Positions 51,610 through 63,865 of a stretch of 64,000 nt of DNA are shown here, piece after piece. The notes beneath the pieces were generated by a model. That model was not told the DNA's origin and did no database searches. It was given only the letters and a program-made list of their open reading frames with translations. Every line of letters starts with the position of its first letter. Within the stretch, counting starts at the first letter, position 1. Source of the stretch: Octopus sinensis (taxonomy: Eukaryota); NCBI RefSeq assembly GCF_006345805.1, contig NC_043002.1, positions 18,414,001 to 18,478,000 on the forward strand, given 5' to 3'. The translations under genes were made by a program, and so were the position numbers.

Positions 51610-52550
51610 ACCATACATACACATGCACGCACGAACTCACACAAACACACGCACACGTACATACATATATATATACACAGAAATACATTCATACACGCAT
51701 ACGTACACACATACGCGCGCGCGCACATATATACATACATACATATATACATACACGCACATACATACATACACACACATACATTCATATATATACAGAC
51801 TGAAATATATACATCAACCCATACACACATACATACATGCATACATGCATACATACATACATACATTGGTGCGTACATGCATACATATATACATGCATGC
51901 ATACATACATGCATATATAGATGCATACATACATGCATATATGCATATACATATATATACATACATACATACATACATACATGCATACATACATACATGC
52001 ATCTATATATACATGCATGCATCCATACATGCATGCATACATACATGCATACGCACGTACATACATATATACATACATACATATATACACACATACATAC
52101 ATACATATATACATACATACACACATACATACATACATACATACATACATACATACATACATACATACATACGTACGTACGTACGTACGTACGTACATAC
52201 ATACATACATACATACATACATACATTACATACATACATACATACATACGTACATACATACATACATACATACATACATACATACATACATACATACATA
52301 CGTACGTACGTACGTACATACATACATACATACATACATACATACATACATACATACATACATACATACATACATACATACGTACATACATACATACATA
52401 CATACATACATACGTACATACATACATACATACATACATACATACATACGTACATACATACATACATACATACATACATACATACATACATACATACATA
52501 CATACATACATACATACATACATAAACACATACATACATAAGTGTATGTA
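51610..52550. repeat. ~940-bp (CATA)n/(CGTA)n/(CATG) tetranucleotide array in the last TRPC intron
   Basis: Explains the 178-358 aa YVCM/HTYI ORFs. Confidence 0.97.
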
Positions 52551-53639
52551 CCTATTTTTACATATAACCCCAACCCCCAAAAAACAAAACATCAGCGGGA
52601 TACAATTTTCATAAAAAGCTTCAATTAAAATATGCTGGGGTTAACATTGAGCATAATTTAGTTTTTAGATCAGAACTACATACCTACCAGCTTATCAACT
52701 GAGACGCCTCATGTATCCTAGTCATAGTTTTGTTTTTGTATATTTTCAACAATCACAAAATTTAACGTCGAGTAGCATTTCTCATCTAATTCATTCGACC
52801 GATCGAAAGAATATATTTATAACTTCATTTATGATTTAATGTTTACACAATTCAAATATATGTTTTCGTGCAATTATTTAGGAATATAAATTAGAGTTAT
52901 TTCCCTTGTGAAGATACAAGAGTATTCTCCCTTGAAACATAAATCAATGCGCATTTGTCTTTTAGTGTCATAGTTATAATGGAAAAGAATTCTTTGTAAA
53001 AAGAAAAGCCGTTATTTACAGTTCAATGTAAAAGTGTTCTTAACTTCCTTAATAATTAGAAATTAATTTGTAAACTAAAAACACTCTCGTAAAATTCGCT
53101 CATTATAATTACACAATAATTTCATAGTAATTATATAATAATTTCATACGCAAACACTGGACCATCAAACAGAATTGTATTCAATAGAATTTACCACAAA
53201 ATATTATTGTTACTTAAAATCTCTATAGTAGAAGAATGAAAGGTAAAGCTAATTAGCTAATTTCAATAGTGTTTAACTTCAGAATTTAATAGAAATTAGT
53301 TTAATTTCCGTAGAGAATTCAGACCATATTTCTCAGTATTTACCGGGACACATTAGCTGTAAGGAGAGGGTATGAAAAGTTTTGGGTTCATTTGGATTAT
53401 CTAGTGTAAATCGATTCAGTGGAATCTATACTCTCTTTCAAGTTTTACCGCCTACATGTGCTGTCAAATTCAACAACAGATACTGATTTAACTTTACAGT
53501 ATTCCTACTGTCGTAGATCACATGATGGTGACACCTGCGAATGCTAGAAATAAGGTTTTGCGAAAAATACACTGCAGTACCAATGACTGGATACAATTCG
53601 CTGTTCCTTTGATTGTATATATAACTCTTTACCGGTTCG

Positions 53640-54350
53640 ATTATGAGTGGCTCTCAAAAATTTCATTGGCAGTAGACCCAATGTGTCGCCCTGCTTAACA
53701 CCGCTTACTGGTTATTGGGAGACTGTAGCATGGCCCAAGCTATTGCAAAACATTACGGATCATTTTTCGTTTTGGGATTTGGTTTGCAAGATTATTTATA
53801 TGAGTTCGTGTGTTGAAGCATATTCTGTTGTGTCTGGGTAGAGTCATTTCCTTTTTGTGCCTTATAATGTAACACACTCACCGGTACAATTTCCACTTAT
53901 TTCTAATTTTTATTTTCCTAAAATTTTCGTTGCGTCTTGCAACATTTTCAATAGTCTTGACTCTTACGGATCATGTCTTGCTCTAAAGATGTCATGTCCT
54001 GCAGCTTACAACACCCTCACATTGACTGCTATAAAAGACAGGCTTAAGTAGTTTTTTAATAGAAATTCACTGCTATGTGCGGGCATGTGTCACTCTTTGT
54101 TATAGAGACCAGGTTTAAATGGTTCTTCAACAGAAATCTAGAACTATATGGGGCAGGGTCCTATTTCCATGAGTACTGCCTTAGGGGTCTTTTTTCTTAA
54201 CTAATATATCTACGCACGGCTACTGACTCCAAACAGCATTACAACACATGATGTGTAGCTTCTTCCTTGTCTCCTATCGACTTCCATAACTGCGCTCTGT
54301 CTTGGAAGCCCCGTAATTGTCATGGTCACCACATTTCCTCGTTTGATTAA
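53640..54350 (-). mobile_element. Decayed non-LTR RT / zinc-finger relic
   Basis: SGVKQGDTL (RT GVxQGD motif) and GDKEEATHHVL (CxxCGDKEETxxHVL-like). Confidence 0.45.
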
Positions 54351-54516
54351 ACTTCAAACAACAAAAATAATTATATCGTTGTCATAGGAGCTAATGGTCC
54401 ATTGGTAGCAAACCACTAATCAGAAATTGAATGTATGGTCGAGAAGGACATGTAAAGAGAGTATCCTATCCAGAAAAAAAAATATATATATGTATATATA
54501 TTTTTTAATAACTCAC

Positions 54517-54586
54517 CTTCGTTATCTTCAAGCTTTTCTTTCGACGATTGCAATACAAAGCGTCTAATTATTTTAGAAATAACATT
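54517..54586 (-). CDS. TRPC: TRPC-like channel C-terminal helix exon
   Basis: Strong polypyrimidine acceptor tctttattttacag|AAT, donor GAAG|gtgagt; 70 nt, phase 0 to 1. Translates NVISKIIRRFVLQSSKEKLEDNE(G), resembling the TRPC vMrnLVkRYV helix. Confidence 0.85.
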
Positions 54587-54641
54587 CTGTAAAATAAAGA
54601 AAGAGAAAACAAAGTACAATAAACATAATTACAATCAATCG

Positions 54642-55049
54642 TTACTCTTTTACAGTCATTTGACAGCGGCCATGCTGGAGACTGCCTTTACTCAAGCAAA
54701 TCGAACCCAGGACTTATTCTTTGTAAGCCAAGGACTGCTAAGTTACGGGAACGTAAACACACCAGCATCGGTTGTCAAGCGATATTGGGGGGCGCGAACA
54801 CAGACACACACAGTTATATATATATATACATGTGTGTGTGTGTGTGGTGTGTGTGTGTGTGTGTGTGTGTGTGTACACATATAAACGACAGGCTTCTTTC
54901 AGTTTCCGTCTACCAAATCCACTCACAAGGCTTTGGTCGGCCCGAGGTTATAGTAGAAGGCACTTGCCCAAGGTGCCACGCAGTGGGACTGAACCTGGAA
55001 CCATGTGGCTGGTAAGCAAGCTACTTACCACACAGCCACTCCTGCACCT
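54642..55049 (-). mobile_element. SINE family A in TRPC intron, sense to the gene
   Basis: Tail ends about 55 bp upstream of the 54587 acceptor. Confidence 0.9.
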
Positions 55050-56386
55050 ATAGTTAGTTTGTGTTATTTTCGCTTTATAGGCAGTGATGTTGCTACAGTC
55101 TATTGCTTACGTAGTTTTAGCTTTTCGCATGATTGACTGATTGATTGATTGATTGATTGATTAACAGACAGACAGAAAGGCAGGCGCACACAATTCACCA
55201 ATTTATTTTATATGCACAAACCAAAAAAATTAGGACATGAAATTTGGATTAAATCGACTCCCACACTTGACTAGTATTTTATCGAATTCGAAATGCTGAA
55301 AGGTTAAGTTGACTTGACGGTATTTGGAGTCAGAAGAAGAAAAGGCAAAAAGCTAGGGCAAATATTGCAAGGTATTTTGTCCGACACTCTAGCACTTTAG
55401 CCAATACACCACCATAAACGTAGGCATAATAATGGTTTCAAATTTTGGCACAGGAGCAGCAGTTTTTGAGAGAGGACTAGTCGATTACATCAATTCTATT
55501 ACTTGACTAGTACTTACTTTACCGACCCCGAAAGGTTGAAAAGCAAAGTCGAACTCGGTGAAATTTGAGCCCAGAATATAAAGACGGAATAATACCGCTA
55601 AACATTTTGTCCGGTGTGCTAACGGTTCAGCCATCTAGCCACCTTAAACGTCGAAATAATTTCGGCACAAGGTCAACAAGTTCGGGGGTAAGTCGATTAG
55701 ATCGATCGACCCCAGAATGATAAAAAGGCAAAGTCGGCCTCAGTAGAATTTGAACCCAGAATGTAAATGTGCTAATGATTCTGCTAGCTCATCGCCTTAA
55801 GCATAGACATAATAATATTATTGTATACGTTCGTCCGTCTTTAAGTTCTGAGTAAAGGTCGACTTTGCCTATCATCCTTTCAGGGTCGATAAATTAAGAA
55901 CCAGTTGCAAACTGTGGTTGATCTAATCGACTGGCCTCCTCCCCAAAAATTTCGGGCCTTGTGCTTAGAGTAGAAAAGAATATTATTGAATACGTGACTC
56001 TTACATGTACATATGTTATTTTTTGTACGCGAATATATGAATTTTTGCCTGGGGAGAATAGTTTTATGTGTAAGAATACCGTATAAGAATTTTGTATGAC
56101 AGACCATGTAAGCTGGTTGAATTTTGATTCGATTTTAACAGCTATGGATCCCGAATGCTAAGCTTTGATGCCAAAAAAACGGTCATAACAGTTTGTTTAC
56201 TGCTTACTTTTCTGCTCAAGGAAAAGAATTTTAAAGTTCCCTTCAAGCCAACAAATCCATGACGCCAGGAGCTTCCTTTGTATTAAACGACTGTGAGTCC
56301 AAGAGTCAATGCATTTAACTCTGCGCTTGACTGAACAGGATGTCGGTTTGCTGCAGAAACAGCAGTCAAATCTATCTTAAATGACA

Positions 56387-56710
56387 GTGTAACCTCTCGA
56401 AAGAGCTGTTCTTCACGCCTGCTCCAGAGCGTCGGCTGCGAGGTCATTCCGAAAAGCTCTATCTGCAACGATTTCATCTCAATCGAAGGAGAGGGGCTTT
56501 CTCTGTCCGGGTTGCAGATCCGTGGAATAAGCTGCCGGACGAGATGGTGAAGATGCCGACGACCGCTCGGTTCAAAGTCTCCCTTGACCACAAGTGGCCT
56601 GAACTCTTTACATGAGCACCACCCTGTACATAACTCCATGTCCCCCTACATGGCCTTGCTTTTTGCTTTTTGAGCCAAAAATTAACTAATTAACTAACTA
56701 ACTAACTAAA
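56387..56710 (+). mobile_element. CR1 LINE 3' end with open C-terminus and (TAAC)n tail
   Basis: RLRGHSEKLYLQRFHLNRRRGAFSVRVADPWNKLPDEMV...FKVSLD, stop at 56613-56615. Confidence 0.85.
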
Positions 56711-56929
56711 TCTTGCCCAACCATCTTTTTGAAAACTGAGGAGATATACTTAGAAAAATGTGGTACTAGATACAGTATATCTGAATAAAAGCTATGATTC
56801 ATCTCGGATAGAATAACTTTAATCAAAGGTTGACTCGCTCAAAGCTGATCTGAACTTAAACAAATATAATGCTTTCTGATTTCGGCAAACAAACGGAGAT
56901 TGTGGCTCGTTGATTTTTGTTGTCGTCAC

Positions 56930-57100
56930 TTAAACCATGCTCCATACTTCTGAACATTTCCCATCGAGTGAAGATGCTTCTCTGTAACAGAGTGGAGCAT
57001 TCCATTTCTCTGCCATTTTCCTTGTCGTTTGAAGAGAATTTTCGTGCAAAAGTTGGTTTAATCGCTCTTCATCAAACTCAACAGAACGAGGTGCGTCTTC
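56930..57100 (-). mobile_element. Mariner fragment of the same family as 44225-45529
   Basis: EDAPRSVEFDEERLNQLLHENSLQTTRKMAEK nearly matches the 44.6-kb copy; a further N-terminal fragment probably lies at 57300-57480. Confidence 0.85.
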
Positions 57101-57849
57101 ATAAAATGAAGTACCAATATTTGATTGGTACTTCATTTTATTGACCTCGGAGGGATGAAAGATAAAGATGACTTCGGCAGCAGAAGATATACGGCAAAGC
57201 ATTTTTCCGTTGCTCTAACAACTCTTCCTGCTTGACTTCTAATGTAAGAAGAATATTGCAGAGATCTGCTACAAAAATACAATGTAACTTAAAATAAGTC
57301 GACCGCATCGAGGAGCATTCTGATGGTGCCATTTCAGATCAAAGTTGACCCACCGGTCGGTTTTTATCTTTTGTTTGTCAGGCATAGTGTACATAAGATG
57401 ATATCTAATGTGCCTTTCACAGGCCAGGGCGTTACTTGACGGGAGATTTGACTGGAATTTTTTAGCAGGTTGATTAAATTGCGAGAAAATCAATCAAATC
57501 TCCATGGAATAACAAAGTTCACATCGTCTCACTTGCTGGCAGAAGTTAATAGAAGTTGATGGCTCATCACAATCGGTATTTGATTCCCCGTTGTAATGGC
57601 GTCGTTTTAGTCACTTCATTTTATTTACCATTCCCTAATAAACATCACTCTTTGAACAAATGAAAATCTTATTTTTCGAAATATGGAGAGTGAATCCAAC
57701 CATTACTTACAGTTCTCTCTTTCTCATTGAGTTCATCTGAACCTCTCTCTTCATCCGATTCCTAAAAGAAAGACAAAAGAAATATATTTTAGATTCGTTG
57801 TGAAGTAATAGTGCATGATTTTGTTTGAATCATGAGTAAATGTTTGTTT

Positions 57850-57992
57850 GGCGCAGGAGTGGCTTAACAACCACATGGTTCCAGGTTCAGTCCCACTGCG
57901 TGGCACCTTGGGCAAGTGTCTTCTACTATATCCTAGGCCCAATCAAAGCCTTGTCAGTGGATTTGGTAGACGGAAACTGAAAGAAGCCCGTC

Positions 57993-58044
<52 letters not shown>

Positions 58045-58272
58045 GTGTCTGTGTCTGTGTTTGTCCCCCCCCCCCACAACATCGCTTGACAACCGATGCT
58101 GGTGTGTTTACGTCCCCCTAACTTAGCGGTTTGGCAAAAAGAGACCGATAGAATAAGTACTAGGCTTACAAAGAATAAGTCCTGGGGTCGATTTGCTCGA
58201 CTAAAGGCGGTGCTCCAGCATGGCCACAGTCAAATGACAGAAACAGGTTAAAGAGTAAAAGTGTAAGAGTAA
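57850..58272 (+). mobile_element. SINE family A in TRPC intron, antisense
   Basis: Consensus with a small head deletion. Confidence 0.9.
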
Positions 58273-59002
58273 ATGAGAACTTGCATGCTATAATTGCCGC
58301 CTGAATCAACAGGCGACAGCGAGACAATAGGAGTGGCGATCGAGTAAATCATCAGCATCAAGAGAATATCTAAACTTTTCCACACACACAGACACACAAG
58401 CAGACACACACACACACACACATAACGATTTTACCGATCCAAAAAGAACGCATCATTTACCATTCGGTAACTCCCAGATGTAGTTAAAGATAGCAGCAGT
58501 CAGGTGGTGAGGTTATGAAGAACAGAACAAACGTTCCGCGTGTTAAGAAATGTAAGGGAGACAACTCAGTAAGAAGAAATTTGGCAAAATTGCTGAGTGG
58601 AGTTTTTTAAAAAAATAATAGCTGGATGTGATTACTTCGTGGCCTAGTAACAGGGATAACGTAAACGCTCACATAATAATCACTTCATCGCCCGTCACAT
58701 GAATAACGTAACTACTTCAGTGATTACTTTATAGGCCAGTAACTTGGATATTGTAAACTCTTGACAAAGTAATCAATTTATGATAACAAAAATTATGTAA
58801 CTTTTACGCAGTAATCTTCTTCGTGGCCCAGTGACAGGCATATCAACTTTGACTCAGCAACAATGATTGCGTAAGTTTAACCCGGTGATTATTTTGGTAG
58901 CTTTGAACAGGTACCGTGTAAGCTTTAACTCAATGACAGAAACTGTTAAGAAATTCAAATCAACCACATATAATTTCCCACGTATCTCACACTGTGAGCG
59001 CA

Positions 59003-59057
<55 letters not shown>

Positions 59058-59249
59058 ATTGAGTGAGTGAGTGAGTGAGTGATGGTTAGCTGTCATTGGC
59101 AAATACTGCTCTTCTCCTGTCACCACCACCACCACCATCTCTTATTCTATAGTCTTATCACACCTTCGCCTTCTCCACTTACATCTTGTTTAGTTGCGAC
59201 AGCTGCAAAACAATCTGTTTTGCGAGCAACACACACACAAACAGACATC

Positions 59250-59299
<50 letters not shown>

Positions 59300-59401
59300 A
59301 AACTCCTTCAAGAGTCGGGTTTGTTTATCAGAAAAATGAACTGATAGATTATATACAATATAGGTGAATATATATGTGTGTGCGCGTGTGTGTGTATATA
59401 T

Positions 59402-59483
<82 letters not shown>

Positions 59484-60628
59484 CAGATGAATATGGTACT
59501 TAAGTCGAGGCACCAGAATTTAGTATGGTATTATCCATACAATTTCAAATAAGGTGATTAAAATCAAAATAAGGTAATGCAGAGGTATTGCAGTACGATC
59601 GTTTCATGCGACTCCATTTAATTGAACAACGCAATCATTACATCAATTTAAAATGTAGAGCAATCTTCAGCTGCACAAAAACATAGAATTTAATTAAATT
59701 TGAAGGACACATTAGTATAATTTTATCCAAAATCTCCAAGAGGATAAGGAGATAGACAAAGATCATGTTTTACCAACAACATCACAGTTGTAACTGAAAT
59801 TTTTTTCGAAGAAGACACTGATTATTTCTGTTATTTAGTTTTAAATACGGGGTGTGGGTTAGTTTTAATTTTATAGACTAGTTTATCAAATCTGAGAGAA
59901 GACAGAGGGTGGTATCAGTTTGGGGTGGGGTAGAGTAGATAGACATTCTAAATGGCATAGTCATAAATCAAGATTTATTTGAAGCAATGTCATGAGGTTT
60001 AGTAAGAGAATACTTCAAACAAGATGTCGGCTGCTATTAAGCAGACCAATGCTAATAGGATAGGAGAAGTCTTATCATACAGAACTACAGTTAACTACTA
60101 TAAAATAATGCTGCTCTATATATACAGATAAAGTTTAGGGTTATTCCAAAGATTATTAAGAAGAATATTTATGGACACTTTCAGTATATATCAAACTTTT
60201 ACACAATAGACGGACAGAAAATATAGAATTAGTTCAATATTTATATACTTAAATTCTAACTGAACATATATCTTTAATTATTGATTAAATGGTATTTACT
60301 GGTATTAATAAAGGAAAATTGAGGTAAGAGAACATGTTAATTATATATTAAAAATTTTAGCCAAAGCAGATTCTTTTTTATTTTAAGTAGTGAATATACC
60401 AGCATAGCTGGTAAAGGAATGCACTCAATACAATGCAGCATAAGGTGTGACCTAGCTTTTCAGAGATCAATAAAATAAATATTGGAGGCAGTAGGTTTCG
60501 GTGACATAGCTGCAGTATAGCCACGGAACAATGACTGAAATCATTAAAAATGGATACAAACAAAAGCAGGAAAGAGATAATCAATCAAATGTAAAGAAAC
60601 GTATTTTAAAATAAATAATAACTGTTAC

Positions 60629-60829
60629 CAAGTTTTGTTTAGAAGAACTTTTTTCTTTCTTCATACATGGACATTTTCCGGAGTACTTTTGCCAAAGATA
60701 ACGAAAGAAATAGTAAAAATCATCAAATTTTGGTAAAATGTTGAAAGGTGGTGGAACGCAGCAACCAGATTCGATAAAAGTAAGCCAGAGCTCTGTCCTT
60801 GAGAATTTCCATTCGCTTTCTTGCTCATC
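60629..60829 (-). CDS. TRPC: TRPC-like channel TRP-box exon (not in the ORF track)
   Basis: Acceptor ttag|GAT, donor TTG|gtaaca; 201 nt, phase 0-0, in frame with the S6 exon. Translates DEQESEWKFSRTELWLTFIESGCCVPPPFNILPKFDDFYYFFRYLWQKYSGKCPCMKKEKSSSKQNL (TRP box EWKFxR plus the PPPFN box). Confidence 0.9.
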
Positions 60830-61222
60830 CTAATTTTTTAAAAGAATATTTAAAAGAGAGAAAAACATTAGAAATTGAGGGATTAATCTTTTACTAATTT
60901 ACATGTTTCAGTCATCAGACTGCGGCCATGCTGAGCACAGCCTGCAAGAATTGTATTGGATAATATCCATCCTAGTAGATATTTATGAAACGACTAAGTG
61001 GTAAATTTTACCATGGAAATGCTATGTATACCTACGTAAACGTAACAGCATCAGGCAACATTATCAAACTCAAACATTTTGTGTGACGGCATTAAAAGAA
61101 TATATAAAGTAACTAACGTTCATTTATGAACAACTTCGGAGCCGCCTGCGACCTTAAATCAGAGCACAAAATCTGAAGAAAACATCACTAACAGACAGCT
61201 TACATTAGTATAATAATGTATG

Positions 61223-61389
61223 GGCGTAGGAGTGGCTGTGTGGTAAGTAGCTTGCTTACCAACCACATGGTTCCTGGTTCAGTCCCACTGCGTGGCACCT
61301 TGGGCAAGTGTCTTCTACTATAGCCTCGGCCCGACCAAAGCCTTGTGAGTGGATTTAGTAGACGGAAACTGAAAGAAGCCCGTCGTATA

Positions 61390-61449
<60 letters not shown>

Positions 61450-61656
61450 TGTGTCTGTGTTTGTCCCCCCAACATCGCTTGACAACTGATGGTGGTGTGT
61501 TCACGTCCCTGTAACTTAGCGGTTCGGCAAAAGAGACAGATAGAATATGTACTAGACTTACAAAGAATAAGTCCTGGGGTCGATTTGATCGACAAAAGGC
61601 GGTGCTCCAACATGGCCGCAGTCAAATGACTGAAACAAGTAAAAGAGTAAAAGAGT
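61223..61656 (+). mobile_element. SINE family A in TRPC intron, antisense
   Basis: Full-length consensus match. Confidence 0.9.
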
Positions 61657-61864
61657 GCTTCTATTGATCCAACAATTTAACTGATCTAACAACATATTTC
61701 AATTGATTCAACAATGTACTTCTACAAATCCTTTTTCGGGTAGAGTTTGGTTTATTGGTAAACTGTCAACGGTGTTGGAGAGCATAAAGATTAAAGTTGT
61801 AGTTGAGAAAAAGTTAGCTGACACAAAGGACTGGTAGCCATTTGAGTACTGGAAAAGAGTTACC

Positions 61865-62309
61865 GTACCTTTTCGGTTTGAACGTCAGTTTTTTTCTAGC
61901 GGTGTCATATGAAATTGTCACCCATAATTATGACCCTAGTATCGATCTATTGCATTTCAATCTATTTTAGGGTTAGGGTTAATTAGGGTTAGTTAGGGTT
62001 AGGATTAGTGTTAGGGGGGGAAGGGTATCTTTTTTTCTTCACAAATGTAAATAAACCCTATCTGTTTCTTAAGCGAGTGATATATTCATACGGCACAGAA
62101 TGCTTTTTAACTCAATGGACGTCATTGATTGGTTGAAATTGCAGAAATTGAAGAAAAAAACAACAAATATCTTACAAACTATAGAATTTTCTCAATAAAG
62201 CCAAGAGAAAAAGATGTTTTATAAACACATTCTACCAGTATACGAAGTTTAAAATGTTTTAGCTACCTAGAAATTATGTTAAAAACTGCCGTTCAAACCG
62301 AAAAGATCC
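61865..62309 (+). mobile_element. Non-autonomous TIR element (Merlin-like) with 8-bp TSD and TTAGGG repeats
   Basis: TIRs ggatcttttcggtttgaacggcagttttt; gagttacc at 61857-61864 and 62310-62317. Confidence 0.85.
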
Positions 62310-62562
62310 GAGTTACCTGTATCACGAGTTTTCACGCCGGGTGTCAAAATGCCGGCATCATGACTACTGCCCAATACTCTGTGCATGGGCACACAGTAAA
62401 GGCTGTAAGAAGTGACATGAAAAGCTGCACCTGAGAGTATAAAACCGTGGCCAGCAGGAAGTATGCGCTAGGTTCTGGAGCCGTCTTGATGCCGTGGTGG
62501 AAGCTGAGTAGAGGTACTTTGAGTAAACTGTTATCTCCCAGCCATAATATAGTTGATGTTTT

Positions 62563-62992
62563 GGATCTTTTCGGTTTGAATGGCAGTTTTTAACATAATT
62601 TCTAGGTAACTGAAAAAATTTTTAATTCGTATACTGGTAGAATGTGTTTATAAAACATCTTTTTCTCTTGGCTTTATTGAGAAAATTCTATAGTTTGTAA
62701 GATATTTGTTGTTTTTTTCTTGGATTTCTGCAATTTCAACCAATCAGTGACGTCCATTGAGGTAAACAACATTCTGTGCCCTATGAATATGTCCCTCGTT
62801 TAAGAAACAGATTGGGTTTATTTACATTTGTGAAGAAAAAAAGATACCCTTCCCCCCACCCCTAACCCTAACCCTAACTAACCCTAACCATAAAACAAAT
62901 TGAAATGCAATAGATCGATACTAGGGTCATAATTATGGGTGCCAATTTCATATGACACCGCTAGAAAAAACTGCCGTTCAAACCGAAAAGAT
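62563..62992 (-). mobile_element. Second, inverted copy of the same TIR element
   Basis: Reverse complement of 61865-62309 including the ccctaa repeats; TSD ambiguous. Confidence 0.85.
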
Positions 62993-63273
62993 ATTTTTTT
63001 GATTTTTTAAAATAGTTTTATTTTTGGATGGGTTGTTGTGTTTTCTTTTTATGCAAATTGTCAAATCCAACCAGAGCACACTGTACGTGGCACCCAAACG
63101 ATTGCGCAAAAACGTCTCCCACTCGTTTCAGATACGGTCTATACATTTAGTTGCAGTGCGCTTATGTCTTTCCATGAATTATTTGGGGGTTGAAATGGGT
63201 TGAAATAACAAAACTGAAGACGGTGCCGTAAATGACTAGGAGTGCAAAAAGATAGCAATTTAAGATAACTTAC

Positions 63274-63511
63274 TTGTATCTCTTGGAACGTGTTCGACAT
63301 AACAGCGATAAGGAGATTGATGAGTACAATGGTTGAGGCGAATATAAATGTGCCGTAGAGCATATAACCAAGAGCCACCGTGACGTTCCGTTTAGCGTTG
63401 AAGTTATTGATCAGCGAATGCATTGGTTGTCCATTGAGATCAAGATCAGGAGCATTTGAATCACTCATTCCAAATGTACCCCACATTAAGTAGACGATGG
63501 TGTTAGCGACG
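63274..63511 (-). CDS. TRPC: TRPC-like channel internal exon: pore helix, pore loop and S6
   Basis: Acceptor ttattccag|C (phase 2), donor CAA|gtaagt (phase 0). Translates VANTIVYLMWGTFGM...GYMLYGTFIFASTIVLINLLIAVMSNTFQEIQ, matching the TRPC LFW pore helix and the LLNMLIAMM S6 pattern. Symbol is family-level only. Confidence 0.92.
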
Positions 63512-63556
63512 CTGGAATAACAAGAGACAAGTGGTGTTATTCAAGGTGGAATAACA

Positions 63557-63865
63557 AGCTCAAAATCTCTCGTGGAAGCGCCATCCAACCAAAATGCAAA
63601 TATATGGGAACCTACCACCTGTGTCATCTCTTGTGAAAGGTAAGAGAATCCAGTTTGCTGGACATTGTTGTAGAGCTGAAAAAGAAGTAATTTCTACTCT
63701 TCTCCTCTGGAAGCCATCTACTCGCAATACCAGAGGGCGCACACTCTCCTACCCTGATGTAATCTCCAGGGATACAGGCATCCAGCAACAGGACCTCCGT
63801 AATGCCATGATGGACCGTGAAGTGTGGCGTAGCATGGTAAATTCCATTGTCTCGACCACGGTCGG
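63557..63865 (+). mobile_element. 5'-truncated RTE LINE, same family as 48063-48690
   Basis: QIYGNLPPVSSLVKGKRIQFAGHCCRAEKEV...REVWRSMVNSIV, near-identical peptide. Confidence 0.92.

Noticed and set aside
51516-52614. ORFs of 145-358 aa
   Set aside because: Translations of the (CATA)n array, which lacks stops.
58640-58662. Resemblance to an I-SceI site (tagtaacagggataacgtaa)
   Set aside because: The order differs from TAGGGATAACAGGGTAAT; it belongs to a short local repeat that recurs near 58820.
61968-62012. Interstitial telomere or chromosome-fusion scar
   Set aside because: The TTAGGG-like repeats are short, degenerate and internal to both MITE copies.
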